Of a stretch of DNA of 64,000 nt, positions 49,620 through 59,295 are shown in pieces. The notes beneath the pieces were generated by a model. It was not told where the DNA came from. It was given only the letters and a program-made list of their open reading frames with translations, and did no database searches. Each line of letters starts with the position of its first letter. The stretch's first letter is position 1. The stretch is from the NCBI GenBank assembly GCA_965232515.1, contig CBDDPY010000002.1:3264001-3328000 (forward strand), in the 5' to 3' direction. A program made the translations under genes and the position numbers. The DNA is from Alphaproteobacteria bacterium. Lineage in GTDB: Bacteria > Pseudomonadota > Alphaproteobacteria > GCA-2731375.

Positions 49620-50057
49620 ATGACCGCCGTGACGCCGAACGCACCGAACCATGAGGGCCTGGGGCCGCTGGCCTCGCGCTTCGTGAATATCGACGACATG
49701 CCATGGGAAGACACCATCTTTCCGGGCGTGCGCGTGAAGACGCTGCTGCTGGACAAGAATACCGGCCTGCTGACGGCGCTGCTGAAGATGGATCCCGGCG
49801 CCAGCCTGCCGGACCACGAGCACGTGCAGATCGAACAGACCTACGTGCTGGAAGGCCGGCTGCTCGATCCGGACGGCGAAGTCACGGCCGGAAATTTCGT
49901 CTGGCGTCCGGCCGGCAGCCGGCATGCCGCCACCACGCCCGAAGGCGGGCTTATGCTGGCGATCTTCCAGAAGCCGAACCGGTTCTACGCCAGATCGGGC
50001 GAGACCCACGACATGCTGGGCCAGGATTGGGACTCCGCCTGGGGCCAAGCCTCCTAG
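49620..50057 (+). CDS. Cupin domain protein (ChrR-like cupin)
   Basis: PDHEH..IEQTYVLEG and WRPAGSRH motifs. Confidence 0.85.
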   Translation: MTAVTPNAPNHEGLGPLASRFVNIDDMPWEDTIFPGVRVKTLLLDKNTGLLTALLKMDPGASLPDHEHVQIEQTYVLEGRLLDPDGEVTAGNFVWRPAGSRHAATTPEGGLMLAIFQKPNRFYARSGETHDMLGQDWDSAWGQAS

Positions 50058-50081
50058 CCGGCGGCGGCCGACCCGGCGGCG

Positions 50082-50273
50082 TCAGGCCGCCCGGTGCACA
50101 TCGATCGCATAGCTTCCGGCGCCGGCCTTCAGGCGCCGCCGGGCGTCGACGATCGCCGAACGGGTGTCGTCCAGCGACAACCGGTCGCGCCGCAGCACCA
50201 GATGCAGGATTGGATCCGCCAGCAGCTCTTCGATCGGCGGTTCCGAGACATCGCAATAGACATCGTTCAACAC
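50082..50273 (-). CDS. Small hypothetical protein (EP...ELLADPI...V.RRD type)
   Basis: GGAGG RBS before GTG 50273; 63 aa; motif I recall from small uncharacterised alphaproteobacterial proteins. Confidence 0.6.
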   Translation of the reverse strand: MLNDVYCDVSEPPIEELLADPILHLVLRRDRLSLDDTRSAIVDARRRLKAGAGSYAIDVHRAA

Positions 50274-50497
50274 ATTGCCCTCCACCCGGACGGACCGGGG
50301 TATATGTCGCGACGCGGGATGCCGGGCGCGCGACAACCATCAGGTTCTGATCACAACTTAGGCAGTTGCCGCTGCCGTTTAATGACAGCCCCGGAAAAAT
50401 CACAACCTTGCCCGCGATCCGGCACATAGCCGTTTCGCTGTCACGCTTGCCGGCCGCACGGTGCTAAGTTATGCCGGTTATCGAGGGAGGCTAGCGC

Positions 50498-51487
50498 ATG
50501 AAAGTTGTGATTACCGGCGGGGGCGGCTTCATCGGCCGGAAGCTGGCGGCCAAGCTGCTGCAGAAGGGCAAGCTTGCCGGCACGGACGGGTCTCAGCAGA
50601 CCATCGACGAACTGGTGCTGTTCGACATGGTAGCGCCGCCGGCCGACGAAACGGGGGACAGCCGGATCAAGGTCGTCACAGGCGATCTGACCGACCGCGA
50701 CCTGATCGCCGACCTGATCGATGCCGATACGGCGAGCGTGTTCCATCTGGCCGCTGTTGTCAGCGCCGGCGCCGAGGCCGACTTCGAGCTCGGCTACAAG
50801 GTCAATCTGGACGGCACCCGCCTCGTGCTGGACGCCTGCCGCGCCCTGCCGCATGCGCCGCGGCTGGTCTTTGCCAGCTCGATCGCCGTCTATGGCGGCC
50901 GCGAGATCCCCGATGTGGTCGAGGATGCCACGCCGCTGATGCCGCAGACCTCCTATGGCGCCCAGAAGGTGATCGGCGAGTTGCTGGTCAACGACTATAG
51001 CCGCAAGGGCTATATCGACGGCCGGGCAATGCGGTTACCGACCATCGTCGTGCGGCCGGGCAAGCCCAACAAGGCGGCGTCCGGCTTCGCCTCCAGCATC
51101 GTCCGCGAGCCGTTGAACGGTATCGATTTCGAATGTCCGGTCCGGCCGGAGAGCGAGATGGCGATAATGTCGCCGCGTGCCGTCATCGACGCCTTCATGC
51201 ACATGCACGATCTCGACGCCGAGGGATTGGGCGACAGCCGGGCGTTGCTGCTGCCGGGGCTGCGGGTGAGCCAGGCGGAGTCGGTCGCCGCCATCGGCCG
51301 GGTCGCCGGCGACCGCAAGGTCGGTCGTATCGACTTCAAGATCGATCCCGACATCCAGGCGATCGTCGACGGTTGGCCGAAGGGTACGCATTCGGCCCGC
51401 GCCGAGGCGCTGGGCTTCAAGGGCGACGCCAACATGGACGATATCGTCCGGGCGCACATCGAGGACGAACTGAGCGCGCCGGCCTGA
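50498..51487 (+). CDS. denD: D-erythronate dehydrogenase-like NAD-dependent epimerase/dehydratase
   Basis: TGGGGFIG, FHLAAVVSAGAEADF, SYGAQK and RLPT..VRPGKPNKAAS.F.S.I.REPL motifs. Confidence 0.75.
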   Translation: MKVVITGGGGFIGRKLAAKLLQKGKLAGTDGSQQTIDELVLFDMVAPPADETGDSRIKVVTGDLTDRDLIADLIDADTASVFHLAAVVSAGAEADFELGYKVNLDGTRLVLDACRALPHAPRLVFASSIAVYGGREIPDVVEDATPLMPQTSYGAQKVIGELLVNDYSRKGYIDGRAMRLPTIVVRPGKPNKAASGFASSIVREPLNGIDFECPVRPESEMAIMSPRAVIDAFMHMHDLDAEGLGDSRALLLPGLRVSQAESVAAIGRVAGDRKVGRIDFKIDPDIQAIVDGWPKGTHSARAEALGFKGDANMDDIVRAHIEDELSAPA

Positions 51488-51524
51488 CCGGCGCGCGGCA
51501 ACAACAAGAACAGGGATGGGACAC

Positions 51525-52265
51525 ATGAGCGGACGGCTGGCCGGAAAGAAATGCTTCGTGACGGCGGCGGGACAGGGCATCGGCCGGGCGACGGCGGAAG
51601 CCTTTCTGAGCGAGGGCGCCGAGGTCGTCGCCACCGACATCGACGCCGGCAAGCTGTCCTATCTCGAGGGCCGAGCCGGCGCCACGGCGCAGGCGCTCGA
51701 CGTGCTGGACGCCGATGCCATTGCCGCGGCGGCGGCCGCGCACGGCCCGGTCGACGTGTTGTTCAACTGCGCCGGCTTCGTGCATCACGGCGCGCTGCTC
51801 GAGTGCACGGAAGACGAATGGGACTTCGCCTTCGCGCTGAACGTGAAGCCCATGTACCGCGCCATCAAGGCATTCCTGCCGGCAATGCTGGAGAATGGCG
51901 GCGGTTCGATCATCAACATGGCCTCGGTCGCCTCGTCGCTGAAAGGCATCGCCTTTCGCTGCGCCTACGGCGCCTCGAAGGCCGCCGTGATCGGCCTGAC
52001 GAAGTCCGTCGCCGCCGACTATGTCGGACAGGGCATCCGCTGCAACGCGTTGGCGCCGGGCACGGTGCAGTCGCCCTCATTGGACGACCGCATCAACGCC
52101 TTCGACGATCCCGTGGAGGCGCGCAAGACCTTCATCGCGCGCCAGCCCATGGGCCGGCTGGGCACGGCCGAGGAGATCGCCGTGATGGCGGTCTATCTCG
52201 CCTCCGACGAGAGCGTCTTCACCACCGGTCAGGTCATGGTCATCGACGGCGGCATCACGCTTTAG
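51525..52265 (+). CDS. SDR oxidoreductase (2-keto-3-deoxy-L-fuconate dehydrogenase / BDH2-like)
   Basis: TAAGQGIG, NCAGFVHHG, YGASK and FIARQPMGRLG motifs. Confidence 0.85.
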   Translation: MSGRLAGKKCFVTAAGQGIGRATAEAFLSEGAEVVATDIDAGKLSYLEGRAGATAQALDVLDADAIAAAAAAHGPVDVLFNCAGFVHHGALLECTEDEWDFAFALNVKPMYRAIKAFLPAMLENGGGSIINMASVASSLKGIAFRCAYGASKAAVIGLTKSVAADYVGQGIRCNALAPGTVQSPSLDDRINAFDDPVEARKTFIARQPMGRLGTAEEIAVMAVYLASDESVFTTGQVMVIDGGITL

Positions 52266-52286
52266 TGGCGCCGGCCGTTATGGCCG

Positions 52287-52375
52287 GGGCTTGACCCATC
52301 CCACTCCCCCACCCGACCACCCATTGAGCATACTTCCGTGGGTGGTCGGGTGGGGGAGTGGGATGGGTCAAGCCC
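52287..52375. repeat. Perfect 37-bp inverted repeat between convergent SDR genes
   Basis: 52287-52323 and 52339-52375 are exact reverse complements with a 15-nt loop. Confidence 0.9.
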
Positions 52376-52382
52376 GACTAAA

Positions 52383-53135
52383 TCAATAAGTCGAGCGGCC
52401 GCCGGTCAAATCGAACACCGCGCCGGTTGAGAACGAGCATTCACTCGAAGCCAGCCAGGCCACCATGGCGGCCGCCTCCTCGGTCAGGCCGAGACGCCCC
52501 ATGGGAATTTTCGACAGCATATAGTCGATGTGTTCCTGCGTGATCTGGTCGAAGATGTCCGTGCGGATTGCCGCCGGTGTCACGCAATTCACGATCACGC
52601 CGCTCTCGGCCAGTTCCTTGCCCAGCGACTTGGTCAGGCCGATGACACCGGCCTTGGCGGCGCTGTAGGCCGAGGCATTCGGGTTGCCTTCCTTGCCGGC
52701 GACGGACGCGATATTGACGATGCGGCCATAGCCGTTCTGCATCATGTGCGGCACCAGGGCCCGACAGCACAGAAACACCGCCGTCAGATCCAGATCGATG
52801 ACCTGACGCCATTCGTCGACCGGATAGTCCCAGGTCTTCAGCACCGGCCCGGCGATGCCGGCGTTGTTGACCAGGATGTCTACCTTGCTGTGGCTGTTGA
52901 TGGCAACGTCGATCGCGTCCTGTACCTGGGCCGGATCGGTCACGTCGACCCGCGCCGCGCTCAACACGTCGTCGGCGTCGAGCGAGCGCCGCGCCGCGTC
53001 CAGCGCCGCTTGGTCGACGTCCCACATCACCGCCCGCGCGCCGGACGCCAGCAGCCGTTGGGTGACGGCGAGCCCAATGCCGCGGGCACCGCCGGTGACA
53101 ACGGCCGTGCGGCCGTCAAGATCGATCTTGTTCAC
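52383..53135 (-). CDS. SDR oxidoreductase (2-keto-3-deoxy-L-rhamnonate dehydrogenase-like)
   Basis: TGGARGIG, NNAGIAG, ASVAGKEGNPNASAYSAAK and FSTGAVFDLTGGR motifs. Confidence 0.85.
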   Translation of the reverse strand: MNKIDLDGRTAVVTGGARGIGLAVTQRLLASGARAVMWDVDQAALDAARRSLDADDVLSAARVDVTDPAQVQDAIDVAINSHSKVDILVNNAGIAGPVLKTWDYPVDEWRQVIDLDLTAVFLCCRALVPHMMQNGYGRIVNIASVAGKEGNPNASAYSAAKAGVIGLTKSLGKELAESGVIVNCVTPAAIRTDIFDQITQEHIDYMLSKIPMGRLGLTEEAAAMVAWLASSECSFSTGAVFDLTGGRSTY

Positions 53136-53221
53136 GCGCCTCTCCTCCCAAACACGTCAATTCCCCCTTCACCACCCAAACTGTCAGCGGCGGGTTCGGC
53201 GCAGATCATTGCAGCCGCCGC

Positions 53222-54637
53222 CTAGCGCATCAACGCCATCGTCAATCCGACCATCCAGATCGAGACCGCGAACAGGCCGAGGATGGTGAAGCGGCCGTTC
53301 CAGTCGTGCCCGACCTCGCGGCCGGTACGGCCGGACATCCGCGCGATGATCAGGGTGGTCAGCGTGAAAGGCGAGGCGCCGATGCAGAGCCCCCAGCCCG
53401 CCATGTAAGCGGCGGCGAGCATGTAGGGCGGAATGCCCAGCACGTCGGGCGCCGGCATCGCCGTGCCGACGACGATGACCGTGATGATCGGATTGAGCCC
53501 GAGCTGTCCGCCGAGCACGACGAGCCAGACGACCAGAACGGGCACCATCACGGTCGGCAGCACGCCCGACAGCAGCAGGTCGGCAATCTGCTCGGTCGGC
53601 AACACCGTCGCGATCATGCTGCCGGCGAAAGCGGCGCTGACCAGAATGGTGATCTCCATGCGGTAGGCCGGATAGACGAAAACCGTCTGCCGCCAAAGCC
53701 GCCGCCAAGTCCAGGCCAATGCCCGCCGGGCGCCCATGAACAGGCCCTGGACCAGGATCCAACCGGTGGCGATCACTGGCACGGTGACGATGACGGCGAC
53801 GATCAGCCGCAGATCGGTCATCTCCTCGACCGTAAACGCGGCCAGAAAGATAAACGCCACCAGACCGATCAGCCGCAGCTGCACAGACCAGTTGTCGTCG
53901 CTGTGCATAACAGGTGGCGGCGCCTGGGGCCGCGGCGCCGTCATCCTGTCGTAGAGCCAGCCGAACGCCAGCATCAACACCGCAGTTGCAAACGCGATTG
54001 GCAGAACCTGCTGCCACTCGGCGCCGGGCGTCAACGACAGCGACAGTGCCAGGGTGACCGACAAGGGCGACCAGGCCGGCGACATGGAGAAACCGCGCAG
54101 CACGGCCAGCAGCATGCGCCGTTCGCGCACCGCCTGGATGCGTTCGTTGCCGCCGGCCGCCGCCAGCGTATTGGTCCGCAGCACCATGGTGCCGAGCAGC
54201 TGCAGCGACCCGAAGCTGAGGATCAGCCCGAACAGATTGCCGCCGATGGTCAGCGCGGCGTAGCGCCGGCCGGGCGGCTGTGAAATCAGCTGCTGACCGC
54301 AGCGGCGGATCATGCGGCTGCCCTCGGCCGCCGTGCGCAGGAAGCCGACCGCGGTGAACATGGTGGCGTAATAGCAGGCCGTGCGCAGCGCCTCGATCGT
54401 CTTGGCGACGGTATCGTCGATCTGCAGCGCAATGGATATGCCCACGACCAGACCGGCGCCAAGAATGATCTTGCCGGTGCGTGGCAGGGCGACGACCTGA
54501 CTGGCGACGTAGACGATCAGCGCGGCGGCCGCCAGCAAGCCCGCGCTTTCAAGATCCAAGGTCTCGCGGACGATCGTAGCCAGCAGCACGATCGTCAATG
54601 CCAGGCCCGCGACCAGAGACGGTCGGCGCGCCGCCAT
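53222..54637 (-). CDS. Uncharacterised polytopic membrane protein (transporter-like)
   Basis: About 12-13 hydrophobic segments; repeated LRGF...WSP / GWG...GASP helix-break motifs. Confidence 0.75.
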   Translation of the reverse strand: MAARRPSLVAGLALTIVLLATIVRETLDLESAGLLAAAALIVYVASQVVALPRTGKIILGAGLVVGISIALQIDDTVAKTIEALRTACYYATMFTAVGFLRTAAEGSRMIRRCGQQLISQPPGRRYAALTIGGNLFGLILSFGSLQLLGTMVLRTNTLAAAGGNERIQAVRERRMLLAVLRGFSMSPAWSPLSVTLALSLSLTPGAEWQQVLPIAFATAVLMLAFGWLYDRMTAPRPQAPPPVMHSDDNWSVQLRLIGLVAFIFLAAFTVEEMTDLRLIVAVIVTVPVIATGWILVQGLFMGARRALAWTWRRLWRQTVFVYPAYRMEITILVSAAFAGSMIATVLPTEQIADLLLSGVLPTVMVPVLVVWLVVLGGQLGLNPIITVIVVGTAMPAPDVLGIPPYMLAAAYMAGWGLCIGASPFTLTTLIIARMSGRTGREVGHDWNGRFTILGLFAVSIWMVGLTMALMR

Positions 54638-54649
54638 CGACAGCTCCCC

Positions 54650-56296
54650 TTATTCTCGACCCTCAGCTACGCCAATGGCGGCGGCGTCGAACTGGTTTCT
54701 ATAGCGTTCCCGCAACGCCGTCTTCAGAATTTTGCCGGTGGCCGTGTGCGGCAGGTCGTCGACGACCAGGATCTCGTCGGGCAGCCACCACTTCGCCACG
54801 TGCGCCGACAGGTGCCGACGTACGACATCGGTATCGAGCGTCACACCGGCGTCCGGCACCAGGAGCAACAGCGGCCGCTCCTGCCACTTCGCATGCGGCA
54901 CGCCGATCACGGCCGCTTCGGCCACGCCGGGGACGCCAACGGCGAGGTTTTCGAGTTCGATGGTGCTGATCCACTCGCCGCCCGACTTGATCACATCCTT
55001 GGCGCGGTCGGTAATCCGCATCCGGCCGCGCGCATCGATGGTGCCGACATCGCCGGTGGCGAGGTAGCCATCCGCATCGACGACCGGATCGTCGTCACGG
55101 CCGTAGTAACCGGCCGTGATCCACGGACCGCGCACGCCGATTTGGCCGACCGACCGGCCGTCATGCGGCAACGGGCAGCCGTCGTCGTCGGTGACGCGGA
55201 ACTCGCAACCGAACACCGCACGGCCCTGGCTGATCCGCGCGGTCATCGCCGCATCGCCGACTTCGTCGGTGTCGGGCCGACCGAAGGTGCAGGCAGCGGT
55301 CGTTTCCGTCATGCCCCAGGCATGCACCAGTTCGACGCCGTGGCCGCGCGCGAGCCGCTCGATCAACGCGCGCGGCGGCGCCGCGCCGCCACAGCCGACG
55401 CGCTGCAGGCTGTCCAATCGTTCCCCCGTCCGGTCCAGATGCGCCAGCAGGTCGAGCCAGACCGTCGGCACGGCGAAGGACAGCGTGACGCGCTCGGACT
55501 CGATCAGGTCGTAGAGGTCCGCTGCGTCGAAGGCACGTCCCGGCAACACCAGCCCGGCGCCCGTCATCGGAGCCGAGAACGGCGAACTCCAGCCGTTGCA
55601 GTGAAACAGCGGCGCCAACGGCAGCATTGTATCGCGGCCACTGATGCCGAAGCCGTCGCGACCGCAAATCGCCATCGCCTGAAGGATCGAGGCCCGGTGG
55701 CTGTAGAGCACGCCCTTTGGCTGCCCCGTCGTGCCTGAGGTGTAGCACATGCTGGCGGCCGAGCGCTCGTCCAGCACCGGCCAAGAATAACCGGCGTCGC
55801 CGTCAGCCAACAGATCCTCGTAGCACAGCACCGCCGGCAGGCGCGTCGACGGCAGACCGGCCCGATCGGTCAGCAAAACGTAGTGCTCGACGTCGGTCAG
55901 CTTATGCTCGATCGTTTCAACGAGCTCCAGGCAATCGGGATCGACGAACAGCAGCCGGTCGCCGGCATGGTTGATGGTGTAGACGATCTGCTCGGCGAAC
56001 AGACGTGGATTGGCCGTATGCAGGACGGCGCCCAAACCGCCAACGCCGTAGAACAGCTCGACATAGCGGTATCTGTTCCAGGCGAGCGCGCCGACACGGT
56101 CGCCGGGTCGAATGCCGAGCCGCGCGAGGGCGGACGCCAACCGGCGCGACCGCGTAGCCGTCTCGGCATAACTGGTGCGGTGGATCTCGCCATCGGCCTC
56201 CCGCGAGACGATCTCGGCATCGCCATGCCACGTCGCCGCGTGCTCGAGCACGGTCGGCAGCAGCAGCGGCCGGTCCTGCATCAAGCCCGACAGCAT
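54650..56296 (-). CDS. Acyl-CoA ligase (AlkK/DmdB-like medium-chain family)
   Basis: [47 protein letters not shown] and KWQERP motifs. Confidence 0.92.
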   Translation of the reverse strand: MLSGLMQDRPLLLPTVLEHAATWHGDAEIVSREADGEIHRTSYAETATRSRRLASALARLGIRPGDRVGALAWNRYRYVELFYGVGGLGAVLHTANPRLFAEQIVYTINHAGDRLLFVDPDCLELVETIEHKLTDVEHYVLLTDRAGLPSTRLPAVLCYEDLLADGDAGYSWPVLDERSAASMCYTSGTTGQPKGVLYSHRASILQAMAICGRDGFGISGRDTMLPLAPLFHCNGWSSPFSAPMTGAGLVLPGRAFDAADLYDLIESERVTLSFAVPTVWLDLLAHLDRTGERLDSLQRVGCGGAAPPRALIERLARGHGVELVHAWGMTETTAACTFGRPDTDEVGDAAMTARISQGRAVFGCEFRVTDDDGCPLPHDGRSVGQIGVRGPWITAGYYGRDDDPVVDADGYLATGDVGTIDARGRMRITDRAKDVIKSGGEWISTIELENLAVGVPGVAEAAVIGVPHAKWQERPLLLLVPDAGVTLDTDVVRRHLSAHVAKWWLPDEILVVDDLPHTATGKILKTALRERYRNQFDAAAIGVAEGRE

Positions 56297-56308
56297 GGCC
56301 GTTTCTGC

Positions 56309-57175
56309 TTAGCGCTTATCGCGCACGAAGGGATAGATGCGGGTGAAATCGGTGTCCGGCTCAACCGCCTGAAAACGTTGCCAGATCTCCGCCAGCGTCG
56401 CGCCCATGGTATCGGGCGTGCCGGCGGCGCGCACGTTCTCCAGATAGAGCGTCACGTCCTTGGTCATCAGCGTATTGGTGAAGCCGGCGTCGTATTTGTC
56501 CGGCAGGATGCGGTTCGGGAACTTGTCCGACGTCGCCGTGTTCTGGCCGCTCGACGCGTTCAGCACGTCCAGCATCTGCGCCATGTCGAGGCCCTGCTCG
56601 ACGCCGAACGCCACCGCTTCGCTGGTCGCCGCCATGGCCGTGGCCGAGAGGAAATTGTTGGCGAGCTTCATCGCCTGCCCCTGACCGGGCGTGTCGCCCA
56701 CATGGAACACGTTGCGGGACATCGACGACAGAACAGGTTCCAACCGCTCGAACAGTGCCTTATCGCCGCCGCACATGACGGCGATGGTGCCGGCCTTGGC
56801 GCCGGCTGTGCCGCCGGACACGGGCGCGTCGAGATAGGCGATATCGGCCCGCGACAGCCGGGCATGCACCTGCTGCGCCGCGGCGATGCCGATGGTCGAG
56901 AGATCGACCAGCGCCGATGTCACGCGCGCGTTGCTCTCGGCGATCTCCTCGGCGACGGCGGCCACCACCGGTCCGTCCGGCAGGCTGAGGAAGACCGTCT
57001 CGGCCGCGGCGGCGACTTCGGCGACCGAGGCCGCGATGTCGGCACCGGCCGGCGCCCGGTCCGCCGTGCCGGCCGCGTCGTACACGATCAAATCGTGCCC
57101 GCCCTTGGCGATATTGGCGGCGATCGGCCCGCCCATATTGCCGAGGCCGATAAAGCCGATCTTGCCGTCGCTCAT
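56309..57175 (-). CDS. 3-hydroxyisobutyrate dehydrogenase family NAD(P)-dependent oxidoreductase
   Basis: IGFIGLGNMG, DAPVSGG and KLANN motifs; ATGA overlap with the upstream gene. Confidence 0.9.
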   Translation of the reverse strand: MSDGKIGFIGLGNMGGPIAANIAKGGHDLIVYDAAGTADRAPAGADIAASVAEVAAAAETVFLSLPDGPVVAAVAEEIAESNARVTSALVDLSTIGIAAAQQVHARLSRADIAYLDAPVSGGTAGAKAGTIAVMCGGDKALFERLEPVLSSMSRNVFHVGDTPGQGQAMKLANNFLSATAMAATSEAVAFGVEQGLDMAQMLDVLNASSGQNTATSDKFPNRILPDKYDAGFTNTLMTKDVTLYLENVRAAGTPDTMGATLAEIWQRFQAVEPDTDFTRIYPFVRDKR

Positions 57176-57558
57176 GCTTTTTCGGCCTTCATCTCGTCCA
57201 GAATGCCGCGGGCGATCCGGAACGACTCGACACCGGCGGGAATGCCGCAATAGACCGCGATCTGGATCAGCACTTCCTTCAGTTCCTCTTGCGTCAGGCC
57301 GTTGTTGATGGCGCCGCGGAAATGCAGGCCGAATTCGTGGCTGCGGCCGAGGGCGGCCAGCATGCCGAGATTCAGGATGCTGCGCTGCTGTTTGCTGAGC
57401 ACGCCGCGCCCCCAGGTGCCGCCCCAGCAATAGTCGTTCAGGATGTCCTGGAAATCGCTGTTGAAGTCATCGACGTTGTTCAAGGCCCTGTCGACATATT
57501 CGTCGCCCAACACCTCGCGGCGGATTTTCAAGCCGCGTTCCAGTTGCTCCCGGTCCAT
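57172..57558 (-). CDS. Carboxymuconolactone decarboxylase family protein
   Basis: G..IRREVLG..YV, WG..W.R, H.RGA.NNG and YCGIPAG motifs. Confidence 0.9.
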   Translation of the reverse strand: MDREQLERGLKIRREVLGDEYVDRALNNVDDFNSDFQDILNDYCWGGTWGRGVLSKQQRSILNLGMLAALGRSHEFGLHFRGAINNGLTQEELKEVLIQIAVYCGIPAGVESFRIARGILDEMKAEKA

Positions 57559-57687
57559 GACGCTTCCTTTCTGAATGTTGCTTGCTCGGAGATTGGCCAA
57601 AGGCGGCTATTATGAGGACTAGTTTTGATCCGGCCAACGAAGCAACGCATGCTTGCCGCCGGTTTCTGTGGACAAGGGAGGCGCGGC

Positions 57688-58455
57688 ATGGCGCGGGTGC
57701 AGGGAAAGGTCGCGATCGTCACGGGCGCGGCGTCGGGTATTGGCCGGGCGACAGCCGAACTGCTGGCCCGCGAGGGCGCCACGGTGCTGCTAACCGACCG
57801 CAACGAGGCGGACGGCCATACGGCAGCCGAAGCAATCAACGCCGCCGGCGGTGAAGCCGCTTTCGTGCGCCACGACGTCACGGACGAAGCCGACTGGACC
57901 TCCGTCGTCGACGGTTTGATGCGCCGAACCGGCCGCCTCGACATACTGGTCAACAATGCCGGCGTCAGCGGCGGCCTGCGCCCCATCGTCGATACCACGC
58001 TCGACGACTGGCGGGCCTGCCTCTCGGTCAATCTCGATGGCGTGTTTCTGGGCGTCAAGCACGGCGCGCGGGCGATGCGGCAATCGGGCGGCGGGTCGAT
58101 CATCAATATCTCGTCGGTCCTGGGCCTGGTCGGCATGCCGCAAGCCGCCGCCTATGCGGCCTCGAAGGGCGGCGTTCGCCTGCTGACCAAGGCAGCCGCG
58201 ATGGAATTCGCGGCCAGCGGCGACAACATCCGCGTCAATTCGGTGCATCCCGGCTTCATCCGCACGCCGATGACCAAGGCCCGCGAGCCCAGCCGCGAAG
58301 CGGAATGGGAGGCTTTCATGCACTCGGTGCAGCCGACCGGCGAGATCGGCGATCCAACCGATATCGCCGAGGGCATTCTGCATCTGGCGTCCGACGCCAG
58401 CCGTTTCATGACCGGCAGCGAGCTGGTCATCGACGGCGGCATCACGGCGCGTTGA
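57688..58455 (+). CDS. SDR family oxidoreductase
   Basis: TGAASGIG, NNAG, YAASK, NSVHPG and TGSELVIDGG motifs. Confidence 0.9.
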   Translation: MARVQGKVAIVTGAASGIGRATAELLAREGATVLLTDRNEADGHTAAEAINAAGGEAAFVRHDVTDEADWTSVVDGLMRRTGRLDILVNNAGVSGGLRPIVDTTLDDWRACLSVNLDGVFLGVKHGARAMRQSGGGSIINISSVLGLVGMPQAAAYAASKGGVRLLTKAAAMEFAASGDNIRVNSVHPGFIRTPMTKAREPSREAEWEAFMHSVQPTGEIGDPTDIAEGILHLASDASRFMTGSELVIDGGITAR

Positions 58456-58484
58456 CGCGGACGGTAATTGCAAGGGAGGAGAGT

Positions 58485-59288
58485 ATGAGCGGTCCGGAAA
58501 CCTACGAGGTCTTCGCGGTGAAGTACGGCACGCTGCAGGAGCGGCAGCGGCACCATAACTTCATCCAGACCGATCCGCATGAAGGTCACATGCCGCTTGA
58601 CTATTACGTCTGGGCCATCGTCAACGAGAACCGGACCATCGTCGTCGACACCGGCTTCGACCACGCCGAGGGCGAACGCCGCGGCCGACAGATCCTGCGG
58701 CTGCCGCGCGAGGGCCTGTCGATGCTGGACATCGACGCCGGCCAGGTCGAGGACGTGATCGTCACCCACCTGCACTACGACCATGCCGGCACGCTGGACG
58801 ATTTTCCGAAAGCCCGGTTCCACATCCAGGACGACGAGCTGATCTACACGACCGGCCGGCACATGTGTCACGCGCCGTTCGGTCACGCGTATTCGGCCGA
58901 GCACGTCTGCACCATGGTGCGGCGGATCTTCGACGGTCGCGTCGCCTTCCACGACGGCGACGACGAGATTGCGCCCGGCATCAGCGTGCACCGGATCGGC
59001 GGCCATACAATGGGCTTGCAATGCGTGCGCGTGCTGACCAAGCGCGGCTGGGTGGTCCTGGCGTCAGACGCCAGCCACTTCTATGAGAACATGGAAGCGG
59101 TCTCGCCGTTCCCGATCGTGTTCAACGTCGCCGAGATGGTCGAGGGCTACGAAAAGATGCGTCGGCTCGCCGAATCACCGCAGCACATCATCCCGGGCCA
59201 CGACCCGTTGGTGATGCAGCGCTACGCCACGCCGAAGGCGGACCTGGCCGATGTGGTGGTCCGCCTCGACGTCGCGCCGAACGGTTAG
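58485..59288 (+). CDS. N-acyl homoserine lactonase family metallo-beta-lactamase fold protein
   Basis: THLHYDHAG (HXHXDH), GGHT, ASDA and PGHD motifs; GGAGGA RBS. Confidence 0.88.
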   Translation: MSGPETYEVFAVKYGTLQERQRHHNFIQTDPHEGHMPLDYYVWAIVNENRTIVVDTGFDHAEGERRGRQILRLPREGLSMLDIDAGQVEDVIVTHLHYDHAGTLDDFPKARFHIQDDELIYTTGRHMCHAPFGHAYSAEHVCTMVRRIFDGRVAFHDGDDEIAPGISVHRIGGHTMGLQCVRVLTKRGWVVLASDASHFYENMEAVSPFPIVFNVAEMVEGYEKMRRLAESPQHIIPGHDPLVMQRYATPKADLADVVVRLDVAPNG

Positions 59289-59295
59289 CCGGATA

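Noticed and set aside
58485-59288. Dedicated quorum-quenching system
   Set aside because: No luxI or luxR genes nearby, and the family includes many non-AHL lactonases.
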